A stretch of 24,470 bases of DNA from a virus (taxonomy: Duplodnaviria > Heunggongvirae > Uroviricota > Caudoviricetes): IMG/VR virus record IMGVR_UViG_2909272501_000001. One strand, 5' to 3'. The notes under the pieces are model-generated. The model was not told where the DNA came from, made no database searches, and saw only the letters and a program-made list of their open reading frames with translations. Positions 1 through 8,155 of this stretch are shown here, in pieces. Position 1 is the first letter of the stretch; every line of letters starts with the position of its first letter. Position numbers and translations under genes: made by a program.

Positions 1-411
1 ATGCCTGCCCCCGTCGTCCTGATCCTTGCGGCCGGGCGTGGAGAGCGCTTTCTCGCCTCCGGGGGAAATACCCATAAGTGTATCGGCTGGCGTCAGTCCC
101 CGGAGGTTGCGCCTTATCGCTGGCCATTTGAAGAAAACGGGAGAACTTTCGACCTTGCGATTGAACCGCAGATTACGACTAATGATCTGCGTCTGATGTT
201 GAGGCTGGCTCTTGCCGGCGGAGGAATAACAATTGCCACTCAGGAAACTTTCAGGCCATATATTGAAAGCGGTAAGCTTGTATCGCTGCTTGATGACTTT
301 CTTCCACAATTTCCGGGCTTCTATCTGTATTTCCCACAGCGTCGCAATATTGCACCAAAGCTCCGCGCCCTGATTGACTACGTCAAAGAATGGCGGCAGC
401 AATTGGTTTAA
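1..411 (+). CDS. LysR-family transcriptional regulator, C-terminal (effector-binding) part; 5' end lies outside the window
   Basis: ORF runs from the window edge to a stop at 411. The C-terminal residues ...GKLVSLLDDFLPQFPGFYLYFPQRRNIAPKLRALIDYV... fit the characteristic LysR-type C-terminal pattern. GC-rich, chromosome-like composition. Confidence 0.55.
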   Translation: MPAPVVLILAAGRGERFLASGGNTHKCIGWRQSPEVAPYRWPFEENGRTFDLAIEPQITTNDLRLMLRLALAGGGITIATQETFRPYIESGKLVSLLDDFLPQFPGFYLYFPQRRNIAPKLRALIDYVKEWRQQLV

Positions 412-536
412 ATAGCTGCACCTGCACTGCCTGATGTCAGAACAGTATTTTGATGAATTGCCAAGGTTACAATGGCACAAATGCGGCACAGGAGGAAACG
501 TGGTGTATTTAAATATGGGGTAACTCTTTGATTTTA

Positions 537-556
537 ATGGTGCGATAATAGGAATG
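537..556. repeat. Left copy of an imperfect direct repeat ATGGTGC(C)GATAATAGGA; candidate att core bounding the P4-like element
   Basis: ATGGTGCGATAATAGGAATG here versus ATGGTGCCGATAATAGGAGT at 11862-11881; identical over 17 positions with one 1-nt indel. The two copies bracket the whole P4-like gene set. Confidence 0.5.
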
Positions 557-612
557 AATATTAAAAGTTAAGACATTGATTTATAATAGATTATTATATT
601 CAAAAAATATAA

Positions 613-633
613 CTATACACATATCTATACACA
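613..633. repeat. Two direct copies of the 9-mer CTATACACA (613-621, 625-633); candidate integrase arm-type binding sites
   Basis: Same 9-mer recurs at the other end of the element (11741-11749, and inverted at 11698-11706). Position just inside the putative att core. Confidence 0.3.
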
Positions 634-675
634 CTGCGCGCATCGCTTGTTTTTTACACAATTAAAAGTAAGAAA

Positions 676-972
676 AAAGTTTTTTTTCGAAAGAACTGTT
701 CACACTGTTCACCTTTCTTTTGTCTCCTTTTATTTCAGAGTGATAGGTGGTGAATAATGGGTGAAGGGTGAACATTCGATTCTTCACCTCCGGCATTCTG
801 CCGGTGTGACTCATACCGGTGATTAATCCCCCATACTGAAATCACACAGGGAGAAAAAAAAGTTTTTTTTGATTTGATTGTTCACACTGTTCACCTTTCG
901 TTTTTCTCTTTTAATTTCAGTGTGATAACGGGTGAATACACGGTGAAGGGTGAACAGTGGATTGTTCACCTT
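676..972. repeat. crr-like cis replication region: two ~115-bp direct repeats (period ~182 bp), each with TGTTCACA/TGTTCACC and GGTGAACA-type octamers
   Basis: Octamers at 698-705, 707-714, 767-774, 781-788 and again at 880-887, 889-896, 949-956, 963-970. Lies immediately downstream of the alpha gene, as crr does in P4. TGTTCACC is the alpha-protein binding octamer of P4 (established knowledge). Confidence 0.7.
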
Positions 973-986
973 CGGGGAATTCAGGG

Positions 987-1013
987 ATAAAAAAAGACCG
1001 GCAGATGCCGGTC
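987..1013 (-). terminator. Rho-independent terminator candidate downstream of alpha
   Basis: Perfect 8-bp inverted repeat GACCGGCA/TGCCGGTC (996-1013) followed on the minus strand by a T-run (plus-strand A-run 989-995), 17 nt after the alpha stop. Confidence 0.55.
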
Positions 1014-1029
1014 AGATGAGTCATGATGG

Positions 1030-3363
1030 TCAGGTTGTCGCAGGGTCGTCACATTTTGGCAGCCAGTCGCCGTAGCTTTCCTCTTTCAGCGTCAGGTTGG
1101 TCTGTATCCCCTGTTTGGTATGGCGCTTCTCGTAATTCAGTCCGTATTCCTTCAGCATCACCGGCAGCCCCAGCCCGAACATTTTCAGACTGAGTACATT
1201 CCGGTAGCCGTTTGCCTCCATGTAGGCCAGATAGGCGTGATAGAGGTATTTACGGTAATTGCGCGGGATGATACTGGCGTTCCCCATATACATGCCGCTG
1301 GTCTGCGGCAGGGTTTCCAGATAGCCGATAAAATCAAACGTCGGGTCGGCATCCCGTTTGATGTTCAGCGCCTCGTCTGAGTTCTGCTGGGACTGAAGCA
1401 GTGACCGGGCGAGCATCGGGTCGCTGAACTTCTGCATCAGGTGACGCACGATGACCGCCAGCTCGCGGGTGATTTTGTCCTTAAGCTGCGGGTCGCGCTC
1501 CTGCGGGGCTATCTGTTCCGGGAAGTGAATAATCACCCGCCGGCGTGACACGCCGCCGCTGCGGTCGGTGAAGCGCATCGGGTTATTGTTCACGGCCAGA
1601 ATTACCGCCGGGATATGCGTGGAGTATGCATCCCGGTATTTCGGGTCAACGGACACCGCATCGCCGCCGGTGATGGCCTTGAGTCCGGCACCGTCGCCGC
1701 TCCATTTTTCCTGGTCCGGCAGGCGTATCAGTGAGAAGCCAGTTAACGCGGCACGTTCACGCGGGGATTCCAGCGTCTCGATGGTGGCCGACGTGGCGTT
1801 ATCCTCCCCGGCCAGCAGGGTGGCTATTTCGGCCATGATACTTTTGCCGCTGCCGCCGGGACCGGTCACCTCCAGAAAGAGCTGCCAGTCGTAGCGGTTT
1901 GCCAGCACCATAAACAGTGCGGCCAGAATCACGTCGCGTTTTTCCGCACGACCACCGGCGGCACGGTCAAGCCAGCGCCAGAACGCGGGGGCGTGGGTTT
2001 CCAGCGTTTCCCCTTCCACCGGCGGGGTGAAATCCACATCGCACAGGGTGCGCATCCAGTGTGACGGACTGTGCGGGTGGAACGTGCCGCTCTGCGTGTC
2101 GAGCACGCCGTTACGAAAGCCAATCAGGCGGCGGGAGGGGGCTTCCTGCTGCGGAATAATCAGCTTCAGGGTGTCCACCACGGAGGCCACCTTCCCGGAG
2201 GAGAACGGCGCGCGCAGACGCTGAAACAGCCCGGCCACATCCCGGGCAAAGTCCTGTGGCGGCAGCACCTTCCAGACACCATTTTCATAGCGGGACAGAA
2301 GCTGGCCGTTGGCATCGACCGCGAGCGCCTCGCCGTAATGCTCATAGATACGCATGGCCTTTTCGCTGGTACTCATGGCGGAAAACTCCGCTTCGCTCAT
2401 GGTGTCGAACGGGCTTTCAGCCGGTGGCCGGATGGCATCATAAATGGCCTTACGGGTGGCTTCCCCGCCGTACTGCGTGAAGGCATCATTCCAGTCACCG
2501 AAGACCGGCGGCAGGGCAACAACACCTTCACACGCATCTGCGGCTGCGGCGGCTTTTGTCTGGCCGTCACCGCTGAGGTCACGGTCAGCAGCAAGGACAA
2601 TCTGACAGGCCGGATGCTTCTGCCGGGCAAGGCTGGCCAGAGAAAGGAGGTTCACGGAAGAAAGCGCCACCATCACCGTTTCACCGGTCAGGTGATGCAC
2701 GGTAAGTGCGGTCGCGTATCCCTCCGCTATCCACAGACGTTTTCCGGCCTGATTCTGTCCTTCAAGGGTGTGACAGGTGCCCCTGACCTGTCCGCCTTTC
2801 AGGGTGCGCTTACGGCCGTCAGCGCTGATTAACTGAAGGTTAACCAGTTCGCCGCTGTCGTCATACAGTGGCACCACAAGGTCACCGGCGCACCAGCTCA
2901 CGCCACCGGCTCTGTGTGTGCCGGTCAGCATCCGGCATTCCCGGCCGGGAAAACCCTTGCGGGTCAGGTAGGCGTTACCGGTTCCGGGACGGGTTTTCGC
3001 CATCAGGGTTTGTGCCAGTGCGGCGGCGTTCTTCCGGGCAGCGTCTGTTTCAGCACCGGCGGCGGCCGTCACTGCCGGGTCAGCCGGGGGCAGACAGCCG
3101 GTCACGGCAGCCACCTTTGCGGCCGCGTCGGACGGGGAAACACCAAACACCTTTTCAACTAGTTTCAGGCCGTCACCGGCACCACACTGATTGCAGTACC
3201 AGGTGCCGCGCCCCTCCCTGTCATCAAAACGGAAGCGGTCACTCCCGCCACAGACCGGACAGGGCTGATGACGGTTTTTCAGCACCTGAATCCCCAGCGC
3301 CGGGAGAATACGCGGCCAGTGGCCGAGCGCATGGCTGACGGTGGCGGTTACGTTCATTTTCAT
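1030..3363 (-). CDS. alpha: P4 alpha-type primase-helicase (replication protein)
   Basis: 777-aa ORF, the length I recall for P4 alpha. N-terminal zinc-binding primase motif CPVCGGSDRFRFDD...WYCNQCG, Walker A GPGGSGKS in the C-terminal half. RBS AAGGAGA before the ATG. Flanked by TGTTCACC iterons at both crr-like and ori-like positions. Confidence 0.9.
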   Translation of the reverse strand: MKMNVTATVSHALGHWPRILPALGIQVLKNRHQPCPVCGGSDRFRFDDREGRGTWYCNQCGAGDGLKLVEKVFGVSPSDAAAKVAAVTGCLPPADPAVTAAAGAETDAARKNAAALAQTLMAKTRPGTGNAYLTRKGFPGRECRMLTGTHRAGGVSWCAGDLVVPLYDDSGELVNLQLISADGRKRTLKGGQVRGTCHTLEGQNQAGKRLWIAEGYATALTVHHLTGETVMVALSSVNLLSLASLARQKHPACQIVLAADRDLSGDGQTKAAAAADACEGVVALPPVFGDWNDAFTQYGGEATRKAIYDAIRPPAESPFDTMSEAEFSAMSTSEKAMRIYEHYGEALAVDANGQLLSRYENGVWKVLPPQDFARDVAGLFQRLRAPFSSGKVASVVDTLKLIIPQQEAPSRRLIGFRNGVLDTQSGTFHPHSPSHWMRTLCDVDFTPPVEGETLETHAPAFWRWLDRAAGGRAEKRDVILAALFMVLANRYDWQLFLEVTGPGGSGKSIMAEIATLLAGEDNATSATIETLESPRERAALTGFSLIRLPDQEKWSGDGAGLKAITGGDAVSVDPKYRDAYSTHIPAVILAVNNNPMRFTDRSGGVSRRRVIIHFPEQIAPQERDPQLKDKITRELAVIVRHLMQKFSDPMLARSLLQSQQNSDEALNIKRDADPTFDFIGYLETLPQTSGMYMGNASIIPRNYRKYLYHAYLAYMEANGYRNVLSLKMFGLGLPVMLKEYGLNYEKRHTKQGIQTNLTLKEESYGDWLPKCDDPATT

Positions 3364-3377
3364 GGTGTTGTTCTCCT

Positions 3378-3698
3378 TCAGTGCAGTACCGGCGCTTTTA
3401 TGTGACGGGCACAGAGTTCATCCATCACAACCAGCCCGAGAAAGGACAGCGACGGCGCGGCCTTCAGGGGGCCGGATTCCATTAAATCTTCCAGCAGGGC
3501 ACAGGCTATCTGACGCCCTTTTTCCTCACCGTGCTGGCGCAGATAAAAGCCCTCCAGCTCAGCGGCGATGGCCGCCTCCAGTGACTCAAGGGTGAGATGC
3601 GGGTAGCGGTGCTGACGTTCGCACACGGTCAGCCAGGCACAGGCGACAGCGCGACGGTAAAGGGCAGCGCGTAAGACGGGCGGTAAGGGTGTTTTCAT
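3378..3698 (-). CDS. Hypothetical protein, 106 aa, immediately upstream of alpha (position and length match what I recall as P4 orf106)
   Basis: ORF with RBS GGGAGGA upstream; stop 15 bp before the alpha start; GC-rich backbone codon usage. Confidence 0.5.
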
Positions 3699-3833
3699 TT
3701 GCTTTCCTCCCTGTGACAGATGACTGCATTCCGTGCCGGTTGCATTAACTGATAAGGCATATCTGCGTCTCCTGAAGACGTGCGTATCCCTGCGCGAATA
3801 CGCACATTTAATTTTTCGGGTGTCGTTTTTTAA

Positions 3834-4289
3834 TTACAGATAATTGCGGTAACTGTTATCCGGGGTGGTTTCCGGGTCAGGCTCCGTGCGGGGAATTTCC
3901 CGCCATTCCCGCGCTACCGGTGCTGCCCGGCTGACCGGAACAGTGTCCTGCGGGTAAATATCCAGATATTTCTCCCGCCATTTCTGTAATTCCGGGTCTC
4001 CGGCCATTTCTTTCAGTACCGCATGCCGGTTTACGGGGCTGCGTTTAAACAGGTCAGGACGGTCACAGGTAAATTCCCGCAGAAAACGCCCCAGCGGGAT
4101 GTCTGTGGTGCGTCCGTCAGCGAGGATACGCACAAGGATACTGAATTTACGGCGGTACGGGTTCCAGACAATGTCCGGGCAGCGGTACGGCATTTCCCAC
4201 GGAATACCGTCTTCCAGAATGCCGACCACGGCCACATCGGGAAAACCGGCAGAACGGTAAATCTCACCGGGCTGGGGAAAATCAAACAT
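3834..4289 (-). CDS. Hypothetical protein, 151 aa if started at the internal ATG at 4289 (track ORF extends to 4331)
   Basis: ATG at 4289-4287 overlaps the stop of the upstream 95-aa gene (ATGTTTGA), indicating translational coupling. Length matches what I recall as P4 orf151. Confidence 0.45.
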   Translation of the reverse strand: MFDFPQPGEIYRSAGFPDVAVVGILEDGIPWEMPYRCPDIVWNPYRRKFSILVRILADGRTTDIPLGRFLREFTCDRPDLFKRSPVNRHAVLKEMAGDPELQKWREKYLDIYPQDTVPVSRAAPVAREWREIPRTEPDPETTPDNSYRNYL

Positions 4290-4569
4290 GCGTCCTGTCT
4301 CCCCGGTCTTTCTGCTGGGCGAGAAAATCACGGCACAGGCCTTTGGCTTTCAGCTCATTCAGCACAAAATCAATATCCTCATTCAGGTAGCTGAAAATAT
4401 GCGGAATGTAGAGCTGATGCAGGCCGGAGAGTTCACGGTGAATCAAATCACCCCCAACAAACTGGGATACGGCGCTGGCGCGGTTGAGCTTATGGTAAGC
4501 CTCAATGCTGAGGTGTTCACGGGCGTCATGACGCGCTGAGACGGTCTGAGGGGCTTTTTTATTACGCAC
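4282..4569 (-). CDS. Hypothetical small protein, 95 aa, GTG start; possibly the epsilon-equivalent of the P4 left operon
   Basis: ORF in operon context. GTG start overlaps the stop of the upstream ORF (GTGCGTAA). The epsilon assignment rests only on length and order, not on recognised sequence. Confidence 0.45.
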   Translation of the reverse strand: MRNKKAPQTVSARHDAREHLSIEAYHKLNRASAVSQFVGGDLIHRELSGLHQLYIPHIFSYLNEDIDFVLNELKAKGLCRDFLAQQKDRGDRTHV

Positions 4570-5161
4570 GGGACACCCCCATCACCGGCAGACGGGCAGC
4601 AAGGGAGAGCACATAGTCACGGACAAGGGAACGGCGGGCACTGCGTTCATCACCGGCGACGGTGCGAAGCATGCAGATACGGGGATGACGGTCTGCGCGA
4701 CGGACAGCCGCAAACACAAAGACAAATTCAGGGTGTGAAGGGGTAAGGGTCGTAGCCATAAGGCAACCTCCGATAACAGCATAAATGACGCTATCGCCGG
4801 AGTTTCCACGCTCGATGGCGATAGCCCAGACGGGGGTGGAAATACCGGCGTTATCGGAAACCGGCCAGCCCGGAGGCTGCCCCGCCTGAGCTACCATTGA
4901 CTCTGCGGTATAATGAGCGGACGCGGGCAGAATGCACGGAGTGCCATTTGCTCGACTGACCACACACCACACCATAATCTGGCGCTCTGTGGCGTTGATT
5001 GCGACACAAAAAAAGACGCATGGCGCGTCATATGTCGCCGATAACATACTCGGGTTTCCACGCCCGGCTGCCGATTTTGCGGCAGCGGAAAAACTATATC
5101 CGCAAATGCCGGAAAAAGGCAAGCCAGAAAAAGGGAGTTTTTGCAGAGCGGGCATCATCAT
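4562..5161 (-). CDS. Uncertain ORF (199 aa from the internal Met; 214 aa on the track) covering the position where P4 carries its kil/eta/cI immunity region
   Basis: Open frame whose stop overlaps the next gene's start, but the translation is low-complexity and several other frames are also open in this GC-rich stretch. May be a misread of small genes and/or an RNA locus. Confidence 0.2.
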   Translation of the reverse strand: MMMPALQKLPFSGLPFSGICGYSFSAAAKSAAGRGNPSMLSATYDAPCVFFCVAINATERQIMVWCVVSRANGTPCILPASAHYTAESMVAQAGQPPGWPVSDNAGISTPVWAIAIERGNSGDSVIYAVIGGCLMATTLTPSHPEFVFVFAAVRRADRHPRICMLRTVAGDERSARRSLVRDYVLSLAARLPVMGVSRA

Positions 5162-5424
5162 GCGTCGTACCCCCGTTTGCGTCCGGCAATGCGTCCGGCC
5201 ATCCATGCGGTGACTTCAGAGTGCAGCCAGGCCACATTTTTACCGCCAAGACTCACCTGCGGCGGAAATTCCCCCTTACGGATGAGTTCGTAGATGGTCG
5301 AGCGTGACAGGCCGCACAGGTGCATCACTTCCGGAAGACGCAAAAAACGCTCCTGTGTGATGTCCGGCAGCGGCATCAGTGGCGTCACAGGGGCAGGAGA
5401 CGGGGAAGAAAAAACAGCTTGCAT
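5158..5424 (-). CDS. AlpA/Vis-like small DNA-binding regulator (88 aa)
   Basis: Motif ...[29 protein letters not shown]... is typical of the AlpA/excisionase-like HTH family. RBS GAGG 8 nt upstream of the ATG at 5424. Same position and length as what I recall as P4 orf88 (vis). Confidence 0.65.
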   Translation of the reverse strand: MQAVFSSPSPAPVTPLMPLPDITQERFLRLPEVMHLCGLSRSTIYELIRKGEFPPQVSLGGKNVAWLHSEVTAWMAGRIAGRKRGYDA

Positions 5425-5702
5425 CGGGCTACCTCGTTAATGTCCATACAGCACCGGATAAGTCCGTCCGGCTTCGGGTAGCGCTTTATTTTGTGAATAT
5501 TTTTGGCAGACGCAACAGGGGGGATTTGTTCCGGCAGCCTTACAATGGCTGTGTGTTTTTTGCACATCAGCGCCAGATAGCTTTAAAACGCTCTGGAAGG
5601 AGCTGGAAAAAATTATAGTGAAATACAAATTGTTTTTTCTTATTTATTTCAGTTAATTAATAAAAATAAAAAGTAATAAACAGCACAAAAAGTCCATGAA
5701 CG

Positions 5703-5806
5703 GGTGAACAGTGGTGAACAGACGGTGAACAGTCATTACTGCGATTGTTCACCCTTTAACTTACTGTATTACTTATCTTTTTTCTTATGGTGAACAGAGG
5801 TGAACA
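5703..5806. repeat. ori-like iteron cluster: six copies of GGTGAACA/TGTTCACC
   Basis: Octamers at 5703-5710, 5713-5720, 5724-5731, 5746-5753 (inverted), 5789-5796, 5799-5806, inside an AT-rich intergenic region ~4.8 kb from the crr-like repeats. P4 ori1 lies about 4.5 kb from crr and carries the same octamer (established knowledge). Confidence 0.65.
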
Positions 5807-5885
5807 GTAAAATATAAAAAAACAAACAGTAAGCCGGTTTTTCCTGCGACCTTTTCCTGGCTTGCCGGTCTGAGGATGAGTCTCC

Positions 5886-5903
5886 TGTGTCAGGGCTGGC
5901 ACA
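5886..5903 (+). promoter_or_regulatory. TGT-N12-ACA dyad; candidate Ogr/Delta-type activator site of the late promoter upstream of sid
   Basis: TGT (5886-5888), 12 nt, ACA (5901-5903), located ~75-90 bp upstream of the sid ATG. P2/P4 late promoters carry this dyad upstream of the -35 region (established knowledge). Confidence 0.4.
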
Positions 5904-5975
5904 TCTGCAATGCGTCGTGTTGTTGTCCGGTGTACGTCACAATTTTCTCAACCTGAAGTGACGAGGAGCCGGAAA

Positions 5976-6710
5976 ATGTCTGACAACACCATCCCTGAAT
6001 ATCTGCAACCCGCACTGGCACAACTGGAAAAGGCCAGAGCCGCCCACCTTGAGAACGCCCGCCTGATGGATGAGACCGTCACGGCCATTGAACGGGCAGA
6101 GCAGGAAAAAAATGCGCTGACGCAGGCCGACGGAAACGACGCTGACGACTGGCGCACGGCCTTTCGTGCAGCCGGTGGTGTCCTGAGCGACGAGCTGAAA
6201 CAGCGCCACATTGAGCGCGTGGCACGCCGGGAGCTGGTACAGGAATATGACAATCTGGCCGTGGTGCTGAATTTTGAACGCGAACGCCTGAAAGGGGCGT
6301 GTGACAGCACGGCCACCGCCTACCGGAAGGCACATCATCACCTTCTGAGTCTGTATGCAGAGCATGAGCTGGAACACGCCCTGAATGAAACCTGTGAGGC
6401 GCTTGTCCGGGCAATGCATCTGAGCATTCTGGTACAGGAAAATCCGCTCGCCAACACCACCGGGCATCAGGGCTACGTCGCACCCGATAAAGCTGTCATG
6501 CAGCAGGTGAAATCATCGCTGGAACAGAAAATAAAACAGATGCAAATCAGCCTCACCGGCGAGCCGGTTCTCCGGCTGACCGGACTGTCAGCGGCAACAC
6601 TTCCGCACATGGATTATGAGGTGGCAGGCACACCGGCACAGCGCAAGGTGTGGCAGGACAAAATAGACCAGCAGGGAGCAGAGCTTAAGGCCAGAGGACT
6701 GCTGTCATGA
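5976..6710 (+). CDS. sid: Sid, capsid size determination (external scaffold) protein
   Basis: 244 aa from the ATG at 5976 preceded by RBS GAGGAG (track ORF starts earlier at 5910). Length matches recalled P4 Sid. Followed by delta and psu in P4 order. Stop overlaps the delta start (ATGA). Confidence 0.85.
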   Translation: MSDNTIPEYLQPALAQLEKARAAHLENARLMDETVTAIERAEQEKNALTQADGNDADDWRTAFRAAGGVLSDELKQRHIERVARRELVQEYDNLAVVLNFERERLKGACDSTATAYRKAHHHLLSLYAEHELEHALNETCEALVRAMHLSILVQENPLANTTGHQGYVAPDKAVMQQVKSSLEQKIKQMQISLTGEPVLRLTGLSAATLPHMDYEVAGTPAQRKVWQDKIDQQGAELKARGLLS

Positions 6711-7207
6711 TTTACTGCCCGTCGTGTGGACATGTTGCTCACACCCGTCGCGCACATTTCATGGACGATGGCACCAAGATAATGATTGCACAGTGCCGGA
6801 ATATTTATTGCTCTGCGACATTTGAAGCGAGTGAAAGCTTTTTCTCTGACTGTAAAGATTCAGGAATGGAATACATTTCAGGCAAACAGAGATACCGCGA
6901 TTCACTGACGTCAGCCTCCGGCAGTATGAAACGCCCGAAAAGAATGCTTGTTACCGGATATTGTTGTCGGAGATGTAAAGGCCTTGCACTGTCAAGAACA
7001 TCGCGGCGTCTGTCTCAGGAAGTCACCGAGCGTTTTTATGTGTGCACGGATCCGGGCTGTGGTCTGGTGTTTAAAACGCTTCAGACCATCAACCGCTTCA
7101 TTGTCCGCCCGGTCACGCCGGACGAACTGGCAGAAAGCCTGCATGAAAAACAGGAACTGCCGCCAGTACGCTTAAAAACACAATCATATTCGCTGCGTCT
7201 GGAATGA
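6707..7207 (+). CDS. delta: Delta, Ogr-family zinc-finger late transcription activator (tandem Ogr-like domains)
   Basis: 166 aa. Two Cys4 Ogr-type motifs: CPSCGH...CRNIYCSATF and CCRRCKG...CTDPGCGLVF. Confidence 0.85.
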   Translation: MIYCPSCGHVAHTRRAHFMDDGTKIMIAQCRNIYCSATFEASESFFSDCKDSGMEYISGKQRYRDSLTSASGSMKRPKRMLVTGYCCRRCKGLALSRTSRRLSQEVTERFYVCTDPGCGLVFKTLQTINRFIVRPVTPDELAESLHEKQELPPVRLKTQSYSLRLE

Positions 7208-7280
7208 GGGCTGCCGGTTAACACCGGCCGTCGCCGCACACCGTATTTTTATTCTTCAGCATGATGAGAAAGAGATAACG

Positions 7281-7853
7281 ATGGAAAGCACAGCCTTACA
7301 GCAGGCCTTTGACACCTGTCAGAATAACAAAGCAGCATGGCTGCAACGCAAAAATGAGCTGGCAGCGGCCAAACAGGAATATCTGCGGCTTCTGTCAGGA
7401 GAAGGCAGAAACGTCAGCCGCCTGGACGAATTACGCAATATTATCGAAGTCAGAAAATGGCAGGTGAATCAGGCCGCCGGTCGTTATATTCGTTCGCATG
7501 AAGCCGTTCAGCACATCAGCATCCGCGACCGGCTGAATGATTTTATGCAGCAGCACGGCACAGCACTGGCGGCGGCACTGGCACCGGAGCTGATGGGCTA
7601 CAGTGAGCTGACGGCCATTGCCCGAAACTGTGCCATACAGCGTGCCACAGATGCCCTGCGTGAAGCCCTTCTGTCCTGGCTTGCGAAGGGGGAAAAAATT
7701 AATTATTCCGCACAGGATAGCGACATTTTAACGACCATCGGATTCAGGCCTGACGCGGCTTCGGTGGATGACAGCCGTGAAAAATTCACCCCTGCGCAGA
7801 ACATGATTTTTTCGCGTAAAAGTGCGCAACTGGCATCACGTCAGTCTGTGTAA
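7281..7853 (+). CDS. psu: Psu, polarity suppression / capsid decoration protein
   Basis: 190 aa, N-terminus MESTALQQAFDTCQNNKAAWLQRKNELAAA..., last gene of the sid-delta-psu operon. Confidence 0.85.
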   Translation: MESTALQQAFDTCQNNKAAWLQRKNELAAAKQEYLRLLSGEGRNVSRLDELRNIIEVRKWQVNQAAGRYIRSHEAVQHISIRDRLNDFMQQHGTALAAALAPELMGYSELTAIARNCAIQRATDALREALLSWLAKGEKINYSAQDSDILTTIGFRPDAASVDDSREKFTPAQNMIFSRKSAQLASRQSV

Positions 7854-7888
7854 AATTCCCCGAAAATCCGCCCGTTTTTACTGAAAAA

Positions 7889-7972
7889 AGCCATGCATCG
7901 ATAAGGTGCATGGCTTTGCATGCGTTTCCCTGCCTCATTTTCTGCAGACCGCGCCATTCCCGGCGCGGTCTG
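7889..7972 (+). other. Two strong hairpins after psu (7889-7915, 9-bp stem; 7945-7972, 11-bp perfect stem); possible terminator and/or packaging-region structure
   Basis: AGCCATGCA...TGCATGGCT and CAGACCGCGCC...GGCGCGGTCTG inverted repeats. Only the first is followed by a weak T-rich tract. Confidence 0.3.
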
Positions 7973-8017
7973 AGCGTGTCAGTGCAACTGCATTAAAACC
8001 GCCCCGCAAAGCGGGCG

Positions 8018-8036
8018 GGCGTGGCGGGGGGAGCAT
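8018..8036. other. cos-like site (candidate cohesive-end sequence)
   Basis: GGCGTGGCGGGGGGAGCAT matches 15 of 19 positions of the P2/P4 cohesive end as I recall it (GGCGAGGCGGGGAAAGCAC). It sits right after psu, where cos lies in P4, next to a GC-rich imperfect palindrome (7999-8019). Confidence 0.35.
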
Positions 8037-8118
8037 TGCGCGCTAAGGCTGATATTATAATTTTCTTTAATTCTATTTGGTATTTTGGCTTTATTCGTCA
8101 GAAGGAACGTTTAGAAAT

Positions 8119-8146
8119 AGACCACTACAATGGATTGTAGCGGTCT
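8119..8146 (-). terminator. Hairpin terminator candidate ending the int-RT-partner operon
   Basis: 12-bp inverted repeat AGACCACTACAA/TTGTAGCGGTCT (one G-U-compatible mismatch), 4-nt loop, ~10 nt downstream of the partner gene stop, followed by a modest T-rich tract on the minus strand. Confidence 0.4.
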
Positions 8147-8155
8147 GCATGATAT

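Noticed and set aside
676-972. Repeated TGTTCACC-containing units as a possible CRISPR array
   Set aside because: There are only two long (~115 bp) units with internal octamers and no short regular repeat-spacer periodicity. The pattern is that of P4 crr/ori alpha-binding iterons.
1120-3338. Plus-strand ORFs inside and antisense to alpha (1120-1380, 1568-1894, 2027-2224, 2071-2832, 2256-2480, 2868-3338, 2914-3162) and minus-strand 1929-2123, 2397-2630
   Set aside because: They lie inside the well-supported 777-aa alpha ORF. Their translations are Arg/Gly/Pro-rich low-complexity strings typical of spurious open frames in GC-rich DNA.
4023-5307. Overlapping alternative-frame ORFs in the left operon (4023-4394, 4031-4285, 4288-4539, 4582-4809, 4932-5213, 4999-5307)
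   Set aside because: They conflict with the translationally coupled minus-strand gene chain and have no RBS or start context; likely frame noise in GC-rich sequence.
5385-6483. Antisense ORFs across the ori region and sid (5379-5618, 5385-5567, 5437-5628, 5937-6467, 5948-6316, 6079-6483) and 6948-7175 inside delta
   Set aside because: They overlap iterons or the confidently assigned sid and delta genes and show low-complexity translations.
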